Shown in pieces: positions 10,881 to 20,724 of a stretch of DNA of 64,000 nucleotides. A model generated the notes under the pieces. That model did not search any database, was not told where the DNA came from, and saw only the letters and a list, made by a program, of their open reading frames with translations. The first letter of the stretch is position 1. The number at the start of each line of letters is the position of its first letter. The stretch is from a virus: positions 48,654 to 112,653 of the IMG/VR virus record IMGVR_UViG_3300035181_001203. One strand, given 5' to 3'. Made by a program: the position numbers and the translations under genes.

Positions 10881-11227
10881 AAAAGATTATTGACAAAGGC
10901 CGTGAACCTGTGATACACTATTTCTGTGATGGTTGTAAAAGGCAGATAGCTAATCCTCCAGAGAATCTTAGTTACTCTCTACAAGTGGTCGGTAACTTTG
11001 GATTTGGTTCAGGGCATGATGGATTAATATTTAATCATGCATACTGTGAAGATTGTGGTATAAAAGCAATCAAAGCTATTGAATCATCTTTGAAAATTGA
11101 GATTAAAGCTGGTGACAATATTCTGTTCGATTGCGATACAGAAGATTGTGATACAGACGAAGCACAATCTCAACAAAATATTGATGAAGTTGGAATTCCT
11201 AAAGATGTATTAGAAGGATGGGATTAA
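10877..11227 (+). CDS. Zinc-ribbon protein
   Basis: CDGC...CEDC. Confidence 0.55.
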   Translation: MKKIIDKGREPVIHYFCDGCKRQIANPPENLSYSLQVVGNFGFGSGHDGLIFNHAYCEDCGIKAIKAIESSLKIEIKAGDNILFDCDTEDCDTDEAQSQQNIDEVGIPKDVLEGWD

Positions 11228-11228
11228 T

Positions 11229-11663
11229 ATGATTGGTCATTTACTTACTCCAAATCAAACAATGGAAGTTAATGTAGAACCTTTTAAAGTTACAGTTTTT
11301 GATGATACAACTTATGGGCTTCTTATTAGAGAAACTCCTGTTGAAAAACACGTTACTCACCAACTACTTCTTAAAAAAGAAAAATATATTGAGCTTATTA
11401 ATAATTTAGCTGCAAATATTAATATGTGTATTACTCCAGATCCTTCATCTAAACTGCGCGAGGATGATATTTTATCAGATCACAACTTTCTTGATTGTGA
11501 AATAGAGCTATCAAGAGCTTTAAACACAGAAGGTAAAGTTTCTTGGAATGATATGATTGCAATAGTTAAACGCCAACGAGAAACTTTACTTGCACTCGCT
11601 TGTCTTGGCAATGAAATGGCTAAAGATGGATTAAAGTGGTATCAATATGGATTAAATGCATAG
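11229..11663 (+). CDS. Hypothetical protein
   Basis: Operonic ORF. Confidence 0.55.
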   Translation: MIGHLLTPNQTMEVNVEPFKVTVFDDTTYGLLIRETPVEKHVTHQLLLKKEKYIELINNLAANINMCITPDPSSKLREDDILSDHNFLDCEIELSRALNTEGKVSWNDMIAIVKRQRETLLALACLGNEMAKDGLKWYQYGLNA

Positions 11664-11783
11664 ATAAACTTCCTCTAATTAACAAGTATATTTTAATTGT
11701 AGATAAAGAAGATTAAATAAAACTAGTTTATTGCTTTAATATTGAATTGTCTTCATTGTCTTCATTACCTTCAAAGGATTAAT

Positions 11784-12143
11784 ATGTCCTTCCCAACCTT
11801 AAAAGAAATGCAATTACAAATGGAAGTGGATCAACTTAGAGCAGAATTACGCAGAGCAGAGTCTAAGACGGTCCACATTACAAGAGATTACCTTAATGCT
11901 GATATGATGATTCATGATAATAAACATTATAGACTAAATCCTTATATAGAAGTACAAGGTAATTCAGCAATGCAACGTGGCGAAAACTTTATTGCACGTT
12001 GGAAACGATATGATGAAGAAAGTTATCATCAGATTTTATATAAAGCAGATTTTGTAACCATTACTCCAGAGGCAGCAGATCATATATTAGAAGATATGCT
12101 TAGAAGTTGTCTTATTCATATAATTAAATCGAAAGTAAATTAA
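11784..12143 (+). CDS. Hypothetical protein
   Basis: AAGGA RBS precedes ATG at 11784, downstream of the track start. Confidence 0.5.
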   Translation: MSFPTLKEMQLQMEVDQLRAELRRAESKTVHITRDYLNADMMIHDNKHYRLNPYIEVQGNSAMQRGENFIARWKRYDEESYHQILYKADFVTITPEAADHILEDMLRSCLIHIIKSKVN

Positions 12144-12191
12144 TGACAATAGAACGTAATATTAATATATTATTATTGGAATACTATCATC

Positions 12192-12782
12192 ATGAAGCAT
12201 AATAATGTAGAAATAGAACGTAAATATCTTTCTTATGCAGAAATGTATGAAGATAGTGTTCCTGATAAGATTTATTATAAAACATCGGTTTCACATGATC
12301 GTTATTATGTTACACCAAATGGACTTTTACGTTTACGTGATGATCAAGAAAAAGGTATTGAATTAACAGCTAAGACTTACAAAAATAATAATCTTCATAG
12401 AAGAGAAATTAATTTACCAATGATTGCAACAATTGATATTAAAGATTGTTTAGAATTTGCAGAGGTAGCTGGATGGACATTAAGACTTGAATTTAAGCAA
12501 GAACTACAGATTTGGATCTGTCCAACTGTCGTTGTTTCTCAAACAATTATTACAGATCTTGATGGAAAACCTTATAGATTTTCAAAAGAACTCAATTGCA
12601 TTACAGATCATTATGCTTTTAGAAAAGCTCAATTTGTAGAAATAGAAGCATTAGATTCAGCAGATGAAAAGTTTGCAATATCAGAAATTAGACGTTATCA
12701 AAAAATCTTGAATCTTAAATCTTCTGATATAATTAAATACTCTCTGGTGCAGCTCTTTGGCGCATTCCCGTTAAAAGGATAG
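12192..12782 (+). CDS. CYTH (triphosphate tunnel metalloenzyme) domain protein
   Basis: ExExK motif VEIERKY, LRLR, RREIN, FVEIE. Confidence 0.7.
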   Translation: MKHNNVEIERKYLSYAEMYEDSVPDKIYYKTSVSHDRYYVTPNGLLRLRDDQEKGIELTAKTYKNNNLHRREINLPMIATIDIKDCLEFAEVAGWTLRLEFKQELQIWICPTVVVSQTIITDLDGKPYRFSKELNCITDHYAFRKAQFVEIEALDSADEKFAISEIRRYQKILNLKSSDIIKYSLVQLFGAFPLKG

Positions 12783-12785
12783 ATT

Positions 12786-12995
12786 ATGGTAAACGCACAC
12801 TATTTTATTAAACTTGAAACTCCTAATTCTAATGAATACTTTTTGAGTATTAATGGAGCAGATATTAAGACAGTACCTGAAATGTCTGATGCTGTTCCAT
12901 TTGATACTCTTGAGTCTGCAACAGCTTTAATTAATTATGTTCTTCCTACTCCGTTAATGGGTTCTTGGAAAGTGGTGAAGAGTGGGACTAATTAA
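12786..12995 (+). CDS. Hypothetical protein
   Basis: AAGGA RBS. Confidence 0.45.
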   Translation: MVNAHYFIKLETPNSNEYFLSINGADIKTVPEMSDAVPFDTLESATALINYVLPTPLMGSWKVVKSGTN

Positions 12996-13479
12996 TTTAT
13001 TTATTTCTAAAAAATTATCAAAAGAAAAAAAGACCGAAATACCTTTAGAACCCTCTTCTATGGGGAGGGTTCTAAAGGAAATTTCTGAAGTAGGATTATC
13101 ACATACAGAAACTGAAATTCTTAAAAATCTTTATAAAACAGTTCTTGTAATACCTGAACAAAAAAATAGGTTGGAAATAATTCTTTATTTAAAGAAATTA
13201 ATTTTAGATGTTCCATTAACACCAGTAATAAATCCAATGGAAACTGGTGAGTTTATTTCTCATTCAAAAACAAATTTTCAATCATCACGCTGTAAATCTT
13301 TGTGGTCAATAGATGGTGGAAAAAATTGGTATGATGTAGATGGTTATATACCTTTGAAGTATAAAATTTATCGTTGGATACATAAAAATATTTTTCGCCT
13401 ATCACAGAAAACTCCTGCTTTTATAACATCACGAATGATACCTTATGTCAACTTCCCCTACATTAAAAATATCGAATAG
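12982..13479 (+). CDS. Hypothetical phage protein
   Basis: 165 aa ORF, QSSRC..LWSIDGGKNWYDVD. Confidence 0.5.
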   Translation: MGLINLFISKKLSKEKKTEIPLEPSSMGRVLKEISEVGLSHTETEILKNLYKTVLVIPEQKNRLEIILYLKKLILDVPLTPVINPMETGEFISHSKTNFQSSRCKSLWSIDGGKNWYDVDGYIPLKYKIYRWIHKNIFRLSQKTPAFITSRMIPYVNFPYIKNIE

Positions 13480-13625
13480 TATTATTCTAAGTAAGAACAA
13501 GCTATTTCCCTCTAAAATAGAAGGATATAAAGTTATTTATATAATGAAGAAAACCCATAAAACATATTGTAATGTTTGTGCTTCTAAATTTAAAGACGAT
13601 GTATTAACTGGAAAATTAGCTTTTT

Positions 13626-14078
13626 TTGAAGATGATCAAAACCTTAAATGTAATTATTGCAAGAAAGGAATTTGAAGTGGATGAATCAAACATTGAACAT
13701 ATCGTTGAGACAGTCAAAGATCGTCAACCAGATGTAGCTGAAGAAATTGTTTCTGCATTAACATTTCCAGGGGTTGACTTTATTTTTCAAATTTCAAGAG
13801 AAGAGACTTGGGAAGGAGAATGGATTTTCCGTGTTTATAATTTTACGCTGACAGCTTTTGATGAAATTAGTGAACTTAAATATATGCATTTAAGAGAATT
13901 AATGATGAATGCATTTACTTCTTATAATGATGGTGATATGTTATCATTAAAAGTTAAAATTGACGAAATGATGGATTACTGGAAACTTCAAGAGTTTAAG
14001 ATCAAGACAGCCTATAGGTCACAGAAAGATGGTGTTAATCTAAAACCACAGAAAGATGGTGTTAATATAAAACTATAA
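13626..14078 (+). CDS. Hypothetical protein (true start probably GTG ~13677)
   Basis: AAAGGA RBS before GTG. Confidence 0.5.
   Translation: MKMIKTLNVIIARKEFEVDESNIEHIVETVKDRQPDVAEEIVSALTFPGVDFIFQISREETWEGEWIFRVYNFTLTAFDEISELKYMHLRELMMNAFTSYNDGDMLSLKVKIDEMMDYWKLQEFKIKTAYRSQKDGVNLKPQKDGVNIKL
14020..14073 (+). repeat. 27-bp tandem duplication
   Basis: CACAGAAAGATGGTGTTAAT(C/A)TAAAAC x2, giving QKDGVNLKP/QKDGVNIKL. Confidence 0.85.
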
Positions 14079-14094
14079 CAATTAAGGATATTAT

Positions 14095-14400
14095 ATGGAT
14101 CCCATAACTATACAAGAAATGCACAATCATCATATAGAAGTTTACAATAAGCTAACAAGTTTTTGTGCTCCTATGGGCTATCCTAACATCCCACAATTTG
14201 ATAATCTTGTTCAAGAATTAGCTAAAAGTCAAACAATTCTTAAGCATATCCAAAATATGCTTTGTCATGAGTTTACTTCTATTGATTCAAAATTTGATCC
14301 ATTGATTCTTTGTAATGATTTTGATAAATGGAGAGATGTAATTTTGATTCTTCAACAAAAAATTTCTGGAGCATCAACAGTAGCAAAAAGGAATAGATAA
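14095..14400 (+). CDS. Hypothetical protein
   Basis: AAGGA RBS, TAATG coupling to dut. Confidence 0.5.
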   Translation: MDPITIQEMHNHHIEVYNKLTSFCAPMGYPNIPQFDNLVQELAKSQTILKHIQNMLCHEFTSIDSKFDPLILCNDFDKWRDVILILQQKISGASTVAKRNR

Positions 14401-14843
14401 TGTTTGAATTTATTAAAATGTATGATGATGTAGAATTACCACAATACAAAACAATGAAATCTAGCGGTCTTGATATTAAGGCTTACATTAAAAATGATTA
14501 TAATAAAATAATTATTCCTTCAATGAGTCATGCTTTAATTTCTACTGGATTAAAATTAAAATTTAAAACAGATGTTGGGACACTAAATGTTGAAGCACAA
14601 ATTAGAGGAAGATCTGGATTAGCGTTAAATCATCAAGTTATAGTCTTAAACTCCCCTGGAACTATTGACGAAGATTATGAGGGCGAGATTAAGATTATTT
14701 TATTCAATTTATCAGAAAGTCATTATACCGTTCGTCACGGTGATAGAATTGCACAAATAGTTTTTTGTAATATTTTACGTCATCATAAATATATCCAAAA
14801 TTCTATTCGTGGTGAAGGTGGTTTTGGATCAACTGGGAAATAA
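14400..14843 (+). CDS. dut: Trimeric dUTPase
   Basis: SGLDI, RGRSGLAL, GTIDEDYEGEI, GDRIAQ, RGEGGFGSTG. Confidence 0.95.
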   Translation: MFEFIKMYDDVELPQYKTMKSSGLDIKAYIKNDYNKIIIPSMSHALISTGLKLKFKTDVGTLNVEAQIRGRSGLALNHQVIVLNSPGTIDEDYEGEIKIILFNLSESHYTVRHGDRIAQIVFCNILRHHKYIQNSIRGEGGFGSTGK

Positions 14844-14882
14844 AATAACTGTAAATCATCTTATAATTAAGGAGATTGATTA

Positions 14883-15161
14883 ATGGACTTCTCACAAGCT
14901 TTAATCCTTTGTAAATCTGGCTCTAAAATTACTCGTACTGGTTGGAATGGTAAAAATATGTATGTAGTTTACCAGAAAGGCTATCCAGAAGGTATTAATA
15001 TTAATAAAAATACTGCTGAAGCTACCGGCATTCCGGAAGGAACGCTTTGCAAGTTTACCCCATATCTAATGATGAAAACCGCAGATACAGATCCCACCTT
15101 CTGCCCCTGGTTAGCTTCTCAAACTGATATTTTGGCTGAAGATTGGATTGTTTTACCATAA
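14883..15161 (+). CDS. DUF2829-family protein (Tad2-like nucleotide-signal sponge)
   Basis: MDFSQAL...G.KITRTGWNGKNMYV...PWLASQTDILAEDW. Confidence 0.8.
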   Translation: MDFSQALILCKSGSKITRTGWNGKNMYVVYQKGYPEGININKNTAEATGIPEGTLCKFTPYLMMKTADTDPTFCPWLASQTDILAEDWIVLP

Positions 15162-15592
15162 TGACTTGGGCAACCTATCAAAAAACTATTAGGACTGATT
15201 GTGGGTCCGTAAAAATTTGGTATAAACGAAAAGATGGAACGACTTTTTATTTAAATCCACATCTTATTAGAGAACGTAAAATTGGTTGGATGGCGATTAA
15301 AGGAATTGTTAAGGCTCATAAAGAAAAAGATGCAATTATTAATGCTATGATGTGCGTTCAAGTAAATCATATTAATATGATTAAGCATCTTAGACTTTTA
15401 GCTAAAGAAGTAACTAAAATTGAATATCGCTTACAGAAACTCTGGCATTTTAAAAAAGATAAAAAATTTCATCGTTTTTGGGAGTTACCTCATTGTAGTT
15501 GTCCACGCATGGATAATGAAGATCGTTATCCATCTAAGAACTACATAATTAACTATTCGTGTATTCTACATGGTAGTGTTAAAAAATGTTAA
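15161..15592 (+). CDS. Hypothetical phage protein
   Basis: LQKLWHF...HRFWELPHCSCPRMDNED...CILH. Confidence 0.55.
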   Translation: MTWATYQKTIRTDCGSVKIWYKRKDGTTFYLNPHLIRERKIGWMAIKGIVKAHKEKDAIINAMMCVQVNHINMIKHLRLLAKEVTKIEYRLQKLWHFKKDKKFHRFWELPHCSCPRMDNEDRYPSKNYIINYSCILHGSVKKC

Positions 15593-15831
15593 GAGTAAGT
15601 AATATAGACGTTCATCTTACAGATTTGTCGTGTTCTAGTTTTAATAAAGCTAAAACAAATTGCAAGTTTTTAACTTATGATTATAAAGGATCATTCTTTG
15701 TTATTATTATCCATTATGAAAATAATAGCATTCGAGAGGTAGCCTTTCCAGCCAATAAAATTGACTATATAGATTGTGTTCAAGAATATAGCAGACGTTA
15801 ATTTTTACTAAAATAGACAAAGGACAATCAA

Positions 15832-16080
15832 ATGAAAATCAGGATGTTATTAGAACGTAATTGCTCAGAGGAAATTATTTTTGAAGTAAAAGATTTAGAG
15901 CATTTAAAAGAACTTATGTTAGATAATAAGAAGTTGTCTACAATTTTTGATGAACAAGAAGCAGTATTTGAACAAATAGCAGAAGAAATAATTTGTACTA
16001 CATTTGAGAATATTGAAGGAACAGAAAGTTTTGAATTAGAAGAAAATAATTTATGTGTAGTGAAACATGAACATAATTAA
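15832..16080 (+). CDS. Hypothetical acidic protein
   Basis: AAGGA RBS. Confidence 0.45.
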   Translation: MKIRMLLERNCSEEIIFEVKDLEHLKELMLDNKKLSTIFDEQEAVFEQIAEEIICTTFENIEGTESFELEENNLCVVKHEHN

Positions 16081-16309
16081 TTATACGTTTTTACCAGAAG
16101 AATTTACTGCACATTTAAATGGTGCAAAAGATCTAATACTTGAAATACTTTTACGCGAAAATAAAATTTCAGAACAAGATTTTGAAAAATATACTCAAGA
16201 ATATGCTATTATTTTAGTAAATAAAAATAGTTTTTGGAATTTTTGCAAAAACTTATTTACAATAGAACAAGATAAAAAAACATCAATGGTTATAGTTAAA
16301 AGGGTTTAA
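16067..16309 (+). CDS. Hypothetical protein
   Basis: Operonic ORF. Confidence 0.45.
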   Translation: MNIINYTFLPEEFTAHLNGAKDLILEILLRENKISEQDFEKYTQEYAIILVNKNSFWNFCKNLFTIEQDKKTSMVIVKRV

Positions 16310-16665
16310 TGATGTTTTATTTAGGAATAGTAGGTTCTAGAGAATTTTAGAATAAAGAACTTTTATTTGATACTATTAATGAATATATTCATAATATAAA
16401 AGAACCAGTTACGATAGTTTCTTGTGGTGCGCGTGGAGCAGATTATTTTGCCGCTCTTTATGCTAAAGAACATTCATTAAACATTATTGAATATTTACCA
16501 GATTGGTCGATTGGTAAATATGCAGGGTTTATTCGTAATAGATTAATAATTGAAAAGCCAATCATATTATTACTTGTTTGGTTGAAGGTTTACCATGTAA
16601 AGGGACTAGACATTCAATTAGTCTTACTTCAGATTTAAATAAAGAAACAACTATCTTATCAACAA
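16309..16665 (+). pseudogene. SLOG/YspA (DUF2493)-family pseudogene
   Basis: GIVGSREF*NKEL...IVSCGARGAD...PDW..GKYAGFIRN; in-frame TAG at 16348-16350 and a frameshift near 16555 before KGTRHSI. Confidence 0.7.
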
Positions 16666-16716
16666 AACAGCATCCACCAGTAGCAAAAGGATTCTATATA
16701 TTTCTAGGGGATTACA

Positions 16717-17163
16717 ATGTCAACTCAAATAACAGAACATTTTACAAAAGAAGATTTAGAACGAAGTGCAACAGCTTCAGCACATAAGATTGATAATTCA
16801 ATTCCTGACAATCTTTATTATAAAGCTAAACGTCTTTGTAATGAAATGGAAGATATTCGTACATTTTTAGGTGAACAAGCTGGAGAAGAAGTTTTTATTT
16901 ATATAAATAGTGGTTATCGTTGTCCTGAACTTAATAGTTTAGTTCATGGTCAACCTACTTCACAACATATGGCATTAGAAGCAGTAGATTTTCATTGCTC
17001 TCATTATACTCCTGAAGAAGCATGGACTCTTATTAAAAATTCAAAATTACCTTATGATCAACTTATTTTAGAGCATGATGCTAATTCAATTTGGTGTCAT
17101 TATTCTGTTTCTAAAGAAAATGCAGAACCACGCCATATGGCATTTAAACTTACGAAGGTATAA
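16717..17163 (+). CDS. Peptidase M15-family endopeptidase (probable endolysin)
   Basis: HFTKEDL, SGYRCPELN, SQH...AVD, DQLILE..WCH. Confidence 0.85.
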   Translation: MSTQITEHFTKEDLERSATASAHKIDNSIPDNLYYKAKRLCNEMEDIRTFLGEQAGEEVFIYINSGYRCPELNSLVHGQPTSQHMALEAVDFHCSHYTPEEAWTLIKNSKLPYDQLILEHDANSIWCHYSVSKENAEPRHMAFKLTKV

Positions 17164-17166
17164 AAT

Positions 17167-17613
17167 ATGAGCGACGCAAACGATCGTTACAATCTCAAAC
17201 TGCAAACGTTTGCTAAGATGGCTCTACAAATTGCAGATCTTGGTACTTGTTGTCGCGCAAAGGTAGGAGCAGTTCTTTTGCGTCGTGATTGGTCTGTTGC
17301 AAGCTGTGGGTATAATGGTGCATTAGCTCATATGAGGCATTGCACACCAGAAACTTGTAATTCTGAAAACCGCTGTATTCATACTGTTCATGCTGAAGAA
17401 AACGCAATTTTCTTTAGTCAGGGCGATATTTATTATGCTTTTATTACTCATGAACCTTGCTTAAATTGCACTCGTATGTTAGCGAGACGCGGTGTGAAAT
17501 ATATTTATTTTGTTAAACCATATACTTCGATTCCTGAGAACGAAGCACGTGAGCGAACCGAGGTTCTTAAGTATCATGAAATTTTAATGCAGCCAGTAAT
17601 TATTACCAAATAA
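17167..17613 (+). CDS. dCMP deaminase
   Basis: KVGAVL, GYNG, HAEENA, PCLNC. Confidence 0.9.
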   Translation: MSDANDRYNLKLQTFAKMALQIADLGTCCRAKVGAVLLRRDWSVASCGYNGALAHMRHCTPETCNSENRCIHTVHAEENAIFFSQGDIYYAFITHEPCLNCTRMLARRGVKYIYFVKPYTSIPENEARERTEVLKYHEILMQPVIITK

Positions 17614-17671
17614 TATTCTTTGAATTGTTTAAAGAGTTTAATATATCATAATGTCGTCATCGGAGAATAAA

Positions 17672-17983
17672 ATGAAATTTGATAATCTGCAAGCCGAACT
17701 GATTCTTAACGATAAGCTTGATCTTCTTTCTGTGCAGCTTGAATTAAGCTTCCAGGGAGAGAATGTAGAATTGAAGAGGTTAATTGATAATTACTTCCAC
17801 GGTTGCAAAATAACCACACGTCTAGATACCCCTGAAATTAATCGTGTAGCTAATAAGGTTCCTCTTACCGATGATGGTAAGGAGTCAATCAAAATTATTG
17901 TTAAAGAACTTACTGAACTTGATAAACAATTTGCTGATCGTGCTAATTTGGTAGATGAATTCAAAAAGCTCTTAGAAGAATAA
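17672..17983 (+). CDS. Hypothetical protein
   Basis: GGAG RBS before ATG 17672. Confidence 0.5.
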   Translation: MKFDNLQAELILNDKLDLLSVQLELSFQGENVELKRLIDNYFHGCKITTRLDTPEINRVANKVPLTDDGKESIKIIVKELTELDKQFADRANLVDEFKKLLEE

Positions 17984-17993
17984 ATAATGTTTT

Positions 17994-18042
17994 AGATCCC
18001 TATGCTTGGTGATAAACAATTATATACCAAGCATAGGGATCT
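17994..18042. terminator. 17-bp perfect inverted repeat (terminator or processing hairpin)
   Basis: AGATCCCTATGCTTGGT / ACCAAGCATAGGGATCT. Confidence 0.65.
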
Positions 18043-18145
18043 TTAAATGGTTAGAGGAAGTGAAAAAATCATTATTATTTTGTTATAATATTAATGATTA
18101 GACCATTTCTCTTCAACCACAGCCATTTTCTCAAAGGAGAACTAT

Positions 18146-18517
18146 ATGGCACGTATTCAACTGCATCATTCCATGCAGGAAGCTCTCTTTAAGATGAGTG
18201 AAGGAAATCCGGGGGCGCTGACTGTTATGATAAAAATCTTGCAGGAAGCTCCTAATATTGATAAGTTGGATAATGGATTTAGCACTATCATTGGATTCGA
18301 TTTACTTGGATTATACGGATCCGAAATTTGGATGTTTTACAAAGATGTATGTAAAGAAAGTATTGTTCATACAATTGCGGCTATTCGTGGATGGCAATTA
18401 GGTCTTCTTACAGAATTGGAAGTACGAAATGGAAATTTCGTTCCTGAAGTTCTAACAAAGATAATTGAAGAGAAATTTTCGTCTCCGCAAACATCTAAAA
18501 ATTCTCCACCATCTTAG
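18146..18517 (+). CDS. Conserved-type hypothetical phage protein
   Basis: MSEGNPGALTV...LYGSEIWMFYKDVC; TGTTATAAT promoter at 18081 and AAGGAG RBS. Confidence 0.6.
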   Translation: MARIQLHHSMQEALFKMSEGNPGALTVMIKILQEAPNIDKLDNGFSTIIGFDLLGLYGSEIWMFYKDVCKESIVHTIAAIRGWQLGLLTELEVRNGNFVPEVLTKIIEEKFSSPQTSKNSPPS

Positions 18518-18533
18518 AATGGTGGAGTTTTTT
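18499..18533 (+). terminator. Rho-independent terminator
   Basis: CTCCACCAT/ATGGTGGAG + T run. Confidence 0.75.
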
Positions 18534-18552
18534 AACTCTTAAAGGAGAGTTA

Positions 18553-18894
18553 ATGTTAATAACAGATTTAAGAGAAATCATTATAAACGAACGTCCTTGC
18601 GAGCAGGGATTAGCATGGTTCGATAAAGTTTCAAGAGGCCATGTTAATACTACAAGTTTTTTTAAATCCTTAAAAAAGATAAAACATAATAAATCGTCTT
18701 TTACACCTCACTGTTATCTTCGTTGGATCTTTTACCATTGTCTAGATTGGAGCAATTTTAAAGAATCAACCTCTCGGTCTGTTTTCGGACCTAAATACTA
18801 TAAATTTATAAAAGAAAAATTTCATGTTACTTTTTTAGTAGATCTTCCTGTCTCAAAATTGTGTGACGCATTAATTCGCGCTTTTGAGGATTAA
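18553..18894 (+). CDS. Hypothetical protein
   Basis: AAGGAG RBS. Confidence 0.55.
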   Translation: MLITDLREIIINERPCEQGLAWFDKVSRGHVNTTSFFKSLKKIKHNKSSFTPHCYLRWIFYHCLDWSNFKESTSRSVFGPKYYKFIKEKFHVTFLVDLPVSKLCDALIRAFED

Positions 18895-18897
18895 ATA

Positions 18898-19074
18898 ATG
18901 AATATAACTAGAATAGATCTTTTTCATGCACATCTTGATTTGTGTTCTCAATGCAAGAATAATCCATTCAATCTTTGTTCAATAGGAGCAACTCTTTTAC
19001 TTCAAGCGTGGAAAAACCCATCAAAGGAGATTAAAAAGAATGCGTCTAATGTGTCTAATACAAGGAGGTTGTAA
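18898..19074 (+). CDS. Small His/Cys metal-binding protein (58 aa, below the track cutoff)
   Basis: MNITRIDLFHAHLDLCSQCKNNPFNLCSIG...; GAGGA RBS. Confidence 0.5.
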   Translation: MNITRIDLFHAHLDLCSQCKNNPFNLCSIGATLLLQAWKNPSKEIKKNASNVSNTRRL

Positions 19075-19270
19075 ATTAGAAACCATTCGAGAAGAATGGT
19101 TAAAACCAAAAAACAGTGATGATTATCCATCACTACTTAGATTTAGTGAATGCATTTATTGTCATGATGTGATAGCAACGATCACTCATCCAAATGATTT
19201 CAACTCTCGATGGTCCAAAGCTGGACGAGCATATCATCGAGTATCAGATCAAAAAGTAGTGAACGCCTAA
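19040..19270 (+). CDS. Hypothetical protein
   Basis: AAGGAG RBS, CxxC. Confidence 0.45.
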   Translation: MRLMCLIQGGCKLETIREEWLKPKNSDDYPSLLRFSECIYCHDVIATITHPNDFNSRWSKAGRAYHRVSDQKVVNA

Positions 19271-19356
19271 ATATGTTTACCAAATTCTTTGTCACAGAAC
19301 AAAAAAATCTTTCCTTCACCGGAGAGATTTTTTTTAAAAATTAAAGGAAATACATA

Positions 19357-19578
19357 ATGCAACTAGCAGAACGGGAATCAACCCCTGGATGCCCAGAAAT
19401 TATTGAGTTAAGTGGAAATCATAAATTAGTACTAAGAAAAAAAAGAATATATAATTCTATTGAAGATATATATGAATTTCATTGTGGTTTAAATATAGTT
19501 TCATTTGAAATCCCAAAAACAGCAATATCTAGTTATTATCACATATGTCCGTGGTGTCATCTTTTTATAAAAAAATAG
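19357..19578 (+). CDS. Hypothetical protein
   Basis: AAGGA RBS. Confidence 0.4.
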   Translation: MQLAERESTPGCPEIIELSGNHKLVLRKKRIYNSIEDIYEFHCGLNIVSFEIPKTAISSYYHICPWCHLFIKK

Positions 19579-19837
19579 GAATAGATACCTATGTCCATTA
19601 GCAAACGTTCAATGGGAGTTGAAGGATTTAAATCAGACCCTAGACCTGAATTAACTTTAGCCCAATTAATGAAATGGTTTTCTGATTATAGTATTACAGA
19701 AGATAAATCACACTTTATTATTAATGGCTGTAAACTTAAAAAGATTCGTATTGATGAAGCGTGTGATCGCAAACGTTATATTGAACAAAACATATAACAA
19801 AATTAAAATTGAGAATCTTAATTCATTTAGAGGAACT

Positions 19838-20098
19838 ATGATAAATCCCTATGAAGAACTTCGTGAGTGTATTGGCAAACTACGCTATGCCAAGAACCGT
19901 AGCGAAGAAGAGGTTGTAGAACTCCACGACCGCGCCATCAATGCCATAGATGTGATCGCCGCAATCAACCAAAATCTGCCGCTCTCGATTTGTAGTTTTA
20001 TCGGCCACCGCGTTGATTCTGAGTTGCCGCCCGTAACATTGGAAGTTTTGCAGGACGGAAAGCGCATCGGTCGCATTGAGAATATCGGCATTCGGTAG
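19838..20098 (+). CDS. Hypothetical protein (start at ATG 19838)
   Basis: GAGGA RBS; GC-rich 3' part. Confidence 0.45.
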   Translation: MINPYEELRECIGKLRYAKNRSEEEVVELHDRAINAIDVIAAINQNLPLSICSFIGHRVDSELPPVTLEVLQDGKRIGRIENIGIR

Positions 20099-20148
20099 CG
20101 CCCAACTACTGGTTAGGCGGCAAACACGAAAACGTAACAGGAGAAATA

Positions 20149-20394
20149 ATGAAATTCCGAAAGAAGCCAGTTGTGATTGACGCGGAACTCTATGATGGGA
20201 CAGCCGCAAGCGTGGAACGAGTGATAGAAATGGGAGGAACGCGGGGGATTAACAACAGCCCGGAAGGGCTTTACATCGTGACCCTCGAAGGGACGATGAG
20301 AGCGGATAAGGGCGATTGGATTATCAAGGGCGTGAAAGGGGAGTTGTACCCCTGCAAGCCTGACATTTTCGAGGCAACATACGAAGAAGCCTGA
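20149..20394 (+). CDS. Widespread small phage protein (KFRKKPVVI...TLEG...GDWIIKG...YPCKPDIF...YE type)
   Basis: Recognisable phage signature; AGGAG RBS; function not assigned. Confidence 0.75.
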   Translation: MKFRKKPVVIDAELYDGTAASVERVIEMGGTRGINNSPEGLYIVTLEGTMRADKGDWIIKGVKGELYPCKPDIFEATYEEA

Positions 20395-20487
20395 CGGCAT
20401 GCATAACCGGCTCGATAGCCGAGCCGGACATTCAAATAATATGGACCACAGCGGCTATCGGGTCCGAATTGATGCAGGAGTAGGCAG

Positions 20488-20685
20488 ATGTGGATGGAGA
20501 TGGAATACCAGGGGAAGACCTATAAAACGAAGGTAAATGAGAAAATTACCCAAGACAAGATGGTGAAAGAACTCTACGATAACTTCTCGAATATGGATAT
20601 TCTTCAAATGGAGCTTGAAGACGGTTCAATCATCGTTATTGGTAAGGGCGTCCTGCAATCGGCGGTTATCAGAATCTATGCCTAA
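20488..20685 (+). CDS. Hypothetical protein
   Basis: AGGAG RBS. Confidence 0.55.
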   Translation: MWMEMEYQGKTYKTKVNEKITQDKMVKELYDNFSNMDILQMELEDGSIIVIGKGVLQSAVIRIYA

Positions 20686-20724
20686 TAACCAGCTAATCGG
20701 TCATTTGGCCAGGAGGGACGAACT

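Noticed and set aside
16348-16350. In-frame TAG (also one in the tnpB remnant) suggesting amber recoding
   Set aside because: Long genes are intact in the standard code, many genes end in TAG with tight coupling, and both loci carry other lesions
19880-20400. Antisense ORFs in the GC-rich island (also 25036-25381 and 36768-36977)
   Set aside because: Shadow ORFs opposite RBS-supported plus-strand genes
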